From Candidatus Heimdallarchaeota archaeon (GTDB lineage: Archaea > Asgardarchaeota > Heimdallarchaeia > Heimdallarchaeales > Heimdallarchaeaceae): DNA of 32,000 bases. Where the stretch lies: positions 1 to 32,000 of the forward strand of contig DAOVER010000017.1 in NCBI GenBank assembly GCA_030668875.1, read 5' to 3'. The notes under the pieces are model-generated. The model ran no database searches, had not been told where the DNA came from, and was given only the letters and a program-made list of their open reading frames with translations. The translations under genes were made by a program, and so were the position numbers. Shown one piece after another: positions 26,322 through 32,000 of the stretch (positions are counted from its first letter, which is position 1; every line of letters starts with the position of its first letter).

Positions 26322-27758
26322 ATGGTTTCTCCAAAGTTTCGTATTAGAAGTATTTATGATGTGCCCATTATCAAATTGATTTTGGATAATCTTGATTATG
26401 AACTTGTTCAACCAGATTTTAAACAAGCAAAACTGTTTGATGTAAAAGACAAGGTGTTTTCCTATGATATCGAAATCATCGATATATTAGACGGGTATGG
26501 GGCTTCGATTGAGGGTGAAGAAGAGTATGTGTCAGCTATAACCTCTCTTCTTCTAGAGAAGATACCCAACTCGATAAGACTTCAGCACCCTGTGCAGTTA
26601 CATGCAGTATACAATGGCAAGGTTGTTCACGTGAACCATGAGAAAAATCTGTCTGTTGTTGATATTGGAGAAAATATTAATACTATTATGTTTGGTTCAG
26701 ATTTTCATAGAGGACAGAAAATAGTTGTTCAAATAAAGCAATTAAACATTTTTGAAGATCAACTTCCGGTTTGTTCTACTATAATTCATTTTCCTGGACA
26801 AACAGTAATTCTTGAAAGAGATGCAAACTTTGTAAGAGTTTCTAGGAAGCTTCCTAAAGCAGATAGAGATAGACTATTTGAGTTAGGTAAGAAATTGTGC
26901 CCCAGGGATCACGGGTTAATTATGAGAACTAGTGCAAGTTCTTCATCTTCTGAAGCTATTCAAGCGGATATTGACCATCTCGTACAAGGGGCAGAAGAGC
27001 TTGACCTTCTTATATCTGGTTCATCCTATGGTCCAGGTATACTACAACCAGGTCAAACTGTTGCACATACACTATTCCCAAAAGATGCAAAAGACACCCT
27101 TACTAACATCAGAAATGAGGTTATTCCAACAATTCCCTTGTATCATTGGTTCATGTCTTATTCCCCTGAACTTAAAATTACTACAATGTTTGCAGAAAAA
27201 ATATCCTCTGAAATAGAAGGAGAAAAACTCTCGCAAATTTTGAAGCAATTAATATTGGAAAAAGACTTTTCAGATAACACTCTCATTCGACTACAAGAAT
27301 ATAGGTTGACCTCTCCTCCACAAGAAAGAGTATTAGGTCAGCTGAATATCAAGGATAATATATTAACAATAAAAAGAAGCTTCCGATCTTCCCGCGGAGT
27401 TCATTATGGATTAAGTTCTGATATACAACAAGGTGACACTTCAATCGTCATTACAAAGGAAGGAAGTTGGACAATACACTCAAAAATATCACGTGATGAA
27501 AAGATTATTGGTGAGCTTGTAAAGGTTGTAACACCAATTGAGCTTTTCGAGGGTAGTCGTATCCGATTTATTGATTTAGGTTTAACTATTATTAAGCAGA
27601 GTGGTGATATAGAAGTTAAAGATGAGGGCTTAGTACGCACTTTATCCGATCAAGGTATAATCTCTTCGACTTTCAAAGACAAGATATATTCATTATTCGA
27701 AGAGTGTCAAAAACAAATGGAAGATGGAAACGAGGAAATTTTAATCCTTTCTGAATAA
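26322..27758 (+). CDS. fau-1: FAU-1-like ribonuclease (RNase E/G-like N-terminus + DUF402 C-terminus)
   Basis: FRIRSIY...KLILD...LVQPD N-terminus, RVSRKL..DRDRL..LG, GLIMRTSA, VTPIEL..IRFIDL; start reassigned to ATG 26322. Confidence 0.7.
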   Translation: MVSPKFRIRSIYDVPIIKLILDNLDYELVQPDFKQAKLFDVKDKVFSYDIEIIDILDGYGASIEGEEEYVSAITSLLLEKIPNSIRLQHPVQLHAVYNGKVVHVNHEKNLSVVDIGENINTIMFGSDFHRGQKIVVQIKQLNIFEDQLPVCSTIIHFPGQTVILERDANFVRVSRKLPKADRDRLFELGKKLCPRDHGLIMRTSASSSSSEAIQADIDHLVQGAEELDLLISGSSYGPGILQPGQTVAHTLFPKDAKDTLTNIRNEVIPTIPLYHWFMSYSPELKITTMFAEKISSEIEGEKLSQILKQLILEKDFSDNTLIRLQEYRLTSPPQERVLGQLNIKDNILTIKRSFRSSRGVHYGLSSDIQQGDTSIVITKEGSWTIHSKISRDEKIIGELVKVVTPIELFEGSRIRFIDLGLTIIKQSGDIEVKDEGLVRTLSDQGIISSTFKDKIYSLFEECQKQMEDGNEEILILSE

Positions 27759-27763
27759 ATTTT

Positions 27764-28687
27764 TTGGAGATTAACTTGAAAGAACACTTAACCGCAGTTA
27801 AATGGGATCCTGATATCCCTCCTTACTCTTTCCTTTTTGTAAGGGATTTTGAAAATGCTCCTGATATAATCTATAAGAAAGCTATTGAACTTAATCAGCC
27901 ATTTAACCTTGAAATCAAAAACAGTAAAATTTGCATAGGACATTCAATCGATAAAGACAACTACCACCTTTGTTCAAATTTTACGGATGAGAAATATGTT
28001 AGATGCTATAATTGTGAACAAAAGGATTTTCAAAAATGCTTTATTCTTTGTGATGCAAGTAAACCTTTTGGAAATTGTTCCAATAATCCTGCAGCATATG
28101 AGTATTGTAAAACACATCTGTCCTCTGTCTATCTTGCTTTAATCGCAAATGAAGTGAAGGTTGGCGTTTCTTTTTCACCTCTTAAACGGTGGATAAATCA
28201 AGGAGCTGACGTAGCCGTTGAATTTTTTAAAGCTAAAAATGGTTTTGATGCTCGAACACTTGAAAAGGAAATATCAAAATCGCTTAGTATATCACAGTCT
28301 ATTAGGAAGACAAACAAAGCTAGGAAACTTAACTTTGATTTAACCAAATCCCTTCCAGAGTTTCACAAGTTAAAGGATAGAGTCATAGAATTTCTAGATC
28401 AACACAATTATGTCTCACAAGAATCTGACTTATTACACAAGGAGCAACACCTTTCTTCTTACTATGGTGATATTCCTAAACTATCAACCTCTCCTATAAT
28501 CAATGATGTAGAAAAAACAAATCAGATTGTTGGGACAGTTGTTGGTGTAAAGGGAAAACTGCTTGTCACTAAAGTAAATAGCAGTTATTATGTAACAAAT
28601 CTTTCTAAAATCGTTGGACGAATCATTGAGTTCTCAGACCTGCCATTGAAACTTAAGGGTCAGAAATCATTATCAGATTACTTTTAG
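27764..28687 (+). CDS. DUF2797-family protein with C-terminal PIP box
   Basis: CIG..C..C..C Cys cluster, VYLAL..VKVG...RWINQGA, GTVVGVKGKLL; ends QKSLSDYF. Confidence 0.75.
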   Translation: MEINLKEHLTAVKWDPDIPPYSFLFVRDFENAPDIIYKKAIELNQPFNLEIKNSKICIGHSIDKDNYHLCSNFTDEKYVRCYNCEQKDFQKCFILCDASKPFGNCSNNPAAYEYCKTHLSSVYLALIANEVKVGVSFSPLKRWINQGADVAVEFFKAKNGFDARTLEKEISKSLSISQSIRKTNKARKLNFDLTKSLPEFHKLKDRVIEFLDQHNYVSQESDLLHKEQHLSSYYGDIPKLSTSPIINDVEKTNQIVGTVVGVKGKLLVTKVNSSYYVTNLSKIVGRIIEFSDLPLKLKGQKSLSDYF

Positions 28688-28760
28688 TTGACCTGTCTGC
28701 ATAGTGAGTAAGTGTAGAATAGTTTAAATTATAACGGAAAAATTGATTAATTGATAATGT

Positions 28761-28997
28761 ATGAGTGACTTCAAAAATCGTAATATAGAGTGTATTATGG
28801 CTATTCTGAAGGAAAAAAGCCCAGCGACAACCAAAGAATTACTGGCTCTTACTGATAAATTCCCAGATTTATGCATTGGCTGTTCTTCTGGTGGAGACGT
28901 TATCATGGCAGGTAAAGAATTAGTTGAACAAGGGCTTGTTGAACGAAATTGGACTTCTAAAGGATACTCCTGGAAGTTAATTAACGATACAGTATAG
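28761..28997 (+). CDS. Small winged-helix-like protein with CxxC
   Basis: ILKEKSPATTKEL...CIGC...GKELVEQGLVER..GYSWKL. Confidence 0.65.
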   Translation: MSDFKNRNIECIMAILKEKSPATTKELLALTDKFPDLCIGCSSGGDVIMAGKELVEQGLVERNWTSKGYSWKLINDTV

Positions 28998-29015
28998 ATT
29001 TGATAAGGTGTTAAT

Positions 29016-30281
29016 ATGGTAGTTTGGTCTAAGATAAGAAGAGATTTTCCTGTGTTAAATCAGCTTTACGAAGGTAAAAATTTGATTTATTTTGATTCAG
29101 CTTGTATGGCACTCAAACCTGTTCAAGTTTGGGAAGCTATGGAATACTACTACAAATATTTAGGAGCTTGTGGAGGTGCTGGTAGGTCGACCCACAGCTT
29201 AGGTCAAGAAACAAGTATGCTTACTGAGGAAGCAAGAGTGAATATGGCAAGTTTCATTAACGCGACCTCTCCCAACGAAATAATCTGGACACGTAATGCT
29301 ACTGAAGGTTTAAACATTGTAGCCGCTACCATACCGCTCAATAAAGAAGAAAATGTTGTGACAACGACATTAGAACATCACAGTGGTATGCTTCCGTTCT
29401 ATAAGAGATGTCAAGAAACTGGAAGCGAAATGAGATTAGTCCAAGCTGGTAAGGATGGTACATTAGATCCTGCTGAGTTTGAAAAACAAATTGATGATAA
29501 AACTAAGATTGTCTCGTTTGTTCATTCATCCAATTTAACCGGAACTATAGCTCCCTTAGAAGAAGTAGTTGAAATAGCTCATAATCACGGTGCTTTAGTA
29601 GTCTCCGATGAAGCTCAATATGCTCCACATAACAAACTAGATGTCAAGAAAATTGATGTTGATTTTAGCGTTTTAAGCATCCACAAAGCTTGTGGTCCTA
29701 CTGGAGTTGGTGTTCTGTATGGAAAATATGATCTTCTTGAAGAATTGGACATGTTCCTAGTTGGTGGAGATGTAATAGAAGATGTAGTTTACAAAGATGG
29801 AAAAATCTTTCCCAAGTATCTTCCTCCTCCACATAAATTTGAAGCAGGGTTGCAGAATTATGGTGGGATGATGGGTGCAGGAGCAGCTGTAGAATATCTG
29901 CAAAAAATAGGTATGGATAATGTTCATAGAAGAGAACAAGTTTTTTCCCGAAAGCTCTTAGAAGGGATTCTTGAACTTGAAAAGTTCGAAGTACTGGGAC
30001 CTTTGGATTATAAACAAAGAGCAGCCCTTGTTTCGTTTAGACCAAAGTCCGGAAGTGTAAATCATAATGATATTACTGAGTATTTCAATGAAATGATTCC
30101 AAACCATAAGATACTGATGAGGTCTGGAAATATGTGTGTTCACCCCTTCCAATATCAAATTGGATTGAATCCTGGCAAAGGTGAGGGTATAGTTCGAGCT
30201 TCACTTTATATCTACAATACAATGAATGAAATTGAGATATTCTTAACTGAACTAGAAAACTTTGCTAAGTTAATAGATTAG
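29016..30281 (+). CDS. sufS: SufS/CsdA-type (group II) cysteine desulfurase, PLP-dependent
   Basis: YFDSAC, LEHHS, DEAQ, SIHK (PLP Lys), KFEAG, RSGNMCVHP (catalytic Cys). Confidence 0.85.
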   Translation: MVVWSKIRRDFPVLNQLYEGKNLIYFDSACMALKPVQVWEAMEYYYKYLGACGGAGRSTHSLGQETSMLTEEARVNMASFINATSPNEIIWTRNATEGLNIVAATIPLNKEENVVTTTLEHHSGMLPFYKRCQETGSEMRLVQAGKDGTLDPAEFEKQIDDKTKIVSFVHSSNLTGTIAPLEEVVEIAHNHGALVVSDEAQYAPHNKLDVKKIDVDFSVLSIHKACGPTGVGVLYGKYDLLEELDMFLVGGDVIEDVVYKDGKIFPKYLPPPHKFEAGLQNYGGMMGAGAAVEYLQKIGMDNVHRREQVFSRKLLEGILELEKFEVLGPLDYKQRAALVSFRPKSGSVNHNDITEYFNEMIPNHKILMRSGNMCVHPFQYQIGLNPGKGEGIVRASLYIYNTMNEIEIFLTELENFAKLID

Positions 30282-30415
30282 TTTAATGGAAACCTGTACA
30301 AAGCCTTTCATTTACCAATCACTTTTTCTAATTTTTTATTCTAATCAACCGAAAGCATTAAAAAATAGATGTGTTTTGAAGATATTGGATAAAATTTTTC
30401 ACAGAGGTTTTTAGA

Positions 30416-30691
30416 GTGAGTGATGAAACCCTCGAGCAGGTAAACGAAGCAATTCAATTGTTGGAAAGAATAAGCGAGGATACAACTGTACCCCGAAATA
30501 TAAGAAGAGCTGCAACAAACTCTCTTGAAATCATAAGAGAACTTGATCCTGAATTGAGTTTGGCAGTCAAAGCAAATAATGCAATAGAAATACTAGATGA
30601 AATATCTCAGGATCCTAACTGTCCTGCTCATGCAAGGACGATGCTGTTACAGATAATAACTCTTCTAGAGATAACAGACTACGATTACTAA
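30416..30691 (+). CDS. UPF0147-family archaeal protein
   Basis: EDTTVPRNIRRAA...LDEISQDPNCPAHART. Confidence 0.85.
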   Translation: MSDETLEQVNEAIQLLERISEDTTVPRNIRRAATNSLEIIRELDPELSLAVKANNAIEILDEISQDPNCPAHARTMLLQIITLLEITDYDY

Positions 30692-30744
30692 CCTTGAGTG
30701 TTAGTCAATTGTGACTATTCCATCTATTGTTCTCTTTTTTTTAG

Positions 30745-31983
30745 CTATTTACTCTCTTTATTGTCAGATATGTAATCATCTCTAATTGTTGTTCCGGGTG
30801 CGACAATGGAATTGGTGGGTATTTTTCTTCCAGCAAAGATGAGTGTATTTACTCCTATATCACAATTATCCCCAATTATGGCTCCAAGTTTTAAAAGACC
30901 CGTATTTACTTTCTTGCCATTAATATTCATAGAAACTTCTTTCATACTTGTTTCTGTAATAACAGTCATAACCCCCGATGATATACATGTTTTTTGACCT
31001 ATCACACTGTTCCCAACATAACACAACCGGAAAATTTTAGTTTCATTAAATAGGACAGAATTCTTTATCTCACTTCCAAATCCAATAAGAGACCCCTTTC
31101 CTATTGAACAATGGTCTCTGACTAAAACATTGTTTCCAATATATGTGTTCGCACCAATATATAACGGGCCGTTAAGAACAGATCCAGAACTTATTTCCAC
31201 ATTCTCTTCGATTATCACTGCGTTTTTTAATTCCACATTAGATGCGATTGACACATCCTTGGCTATTCGTGATTCTTGTATATTTGATAACAACAACCTA
31301 TTCGCTTCGATAATATTCCATGGTTTTCCAATATCAACCCATTCTTTTTCCCATATCGCCGCTGACACTTTATCTCCCTTCTCTATCCTCGCATTTATTG
31401 CTTGACTCAATGATTGTTGTAATCTAATCTCATCAAATAAGTCGGTTCTAATAATAAAACAACCCGCATCAACATATTTGCTCTCAGATGTTTGCTCAAT
31501 TTTCTTTATACCAGCTTTTTTTACTAATCCCATAGAATCTATCTCAACAATGCCAAAATCTCCAGTATCTCCTCGCAAAGTTAGGGTCATTGTCATATCA
31601 GCTTGTGTATTCTCAAAAGCATTCAATGCTCGTTGCATCAAACCCTTTTCTGGAACAATATCACCAAAAAGCAATAAAAATTCTGAATCATTTTTAACAA
31701 ATTCTTCGGATGCTAATAGTGCTGATTCAATTCCTTCCTTCTCGCCTTGGTCTGCATATTGAATGTTAACATTGAAGTCTGTTCCTTTCTTGAAATATTC
31801 CCTAATTTGTTCTCCTTTATATCCAGTGACAATAATGATATCGGTTAAACCCATGCCCCGTAGTTCTTCAATCAAATATTGCAAAATAGGTTTACCTAAC
31901 AAAGTAATCATGGGTTTAGGTCTAGTTTCAGTTAATGGATACAAATCTAAGCCCTTGCCACCAGCTAATATTACTGTTTTCAT
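30745..31983 (-). CDS. Sugar-1-phosphate nucleotidyltransferase with left-handed beta-helix (archaeal GlmU-like)
   Basis: VILAGGKG..LYPLT..RPKPM, WVDIGKPW, hexapeptide repeats, LGAIIGD; start reassigned to ATG 31983. Confidence 0.85.
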   Translation of the reverse strand: MKTVILAGGKGLDLYPLTETRPKPMITLLGKPILQYLIEELRGMGLTDIIIVTGYKGEQIREYFKKGTDFNVNIQYADQGEKEGIESALLASEEFVKNDSEFLLLFGDIVPEKGLMQRALNAFENTQADMTMTLTLRGDTGDFGIVEIDSMGLVKKAGIKKIEQTSESKYVDAGCFIIRTDLFDEIRLQQSLSQAINARIEKGDKVSAAIWEKEWVDIGKPWNIIEANRLLLSNIQESRIAKDVSIASNVELKNAVIIEENVEISSGSVLNGPLYIGANTYIGNNVLVRDHCSIGKGSLIGFGSEIKNSVLFNETKIFRLCYVGNSVIGQKTCISSGVMTVITETSMKEVSMNINGKKVNTGLLKLGAIIGDNCDIGVNTLIFAGRKIPTNSIVAPGTTIRDDYISDNKESK

Positions 31984-32000
31984 TCTATTCCTAGACACTA

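Noticed and set aside
2371-31762. Remaining short ORFs overlapping longer genes on the opposite strand or in another frame (e.g. 4546-4905, 6319-6717, 17404-17829, 18289-18630, 20651-21016)
   Set aside because: They are fully nested in well-supported genes, low-complexity and without motifs, as expected for antisense ORFs.

Overview
AT-rich archaeal window, most likely from an Asgard archaeon (inference from archaeal uS7/uL16, UPF0147, FAU-1, intron-containing tRNAs and a Rab-like small GTPase). Most of it is housekeeping or metabolic: surE, ppdK, EamA, PAP2, cyclophilin, HAD and alpha/beta hydrolases, MFS, phosphohexomutase, family-4 UDG, amidohydrolase, GHMP kinase, HIT, SufS-type desulfurase and an NTP-transferase. 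Three things are missed or unexplained by the ORF track. (1) At the left edge, an IS607-family element has an internally deleted tnpA and an uninterrupted minus-strand ORF of at least 454 codons that runs off the window. Its RuvC-I-like motif (VLGLDIN) appears only at residue 433, so it looks like an unusually large TnpB/Cas12f/Fanzor-sized RNA-guided nuclease candidate. (2) A tandem pair of single-pass membrane proteins has the architecture signal peptide - FKBP-like domain - TM - identically spaced 8-Cys zinc finger, and lies between tRNA-Asp and tRNA-Ser. (3) There are three tRNAs: tRNA-Asp(GTC) with a non-canonical T-loop intron, a CAT tRNA whose intron is bounded by a 7-nt direct repeat, and tRNA-Ser(CGA). 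No CRISPR array was seen. All family assignments come from motif recognition by eye; no database search was run.
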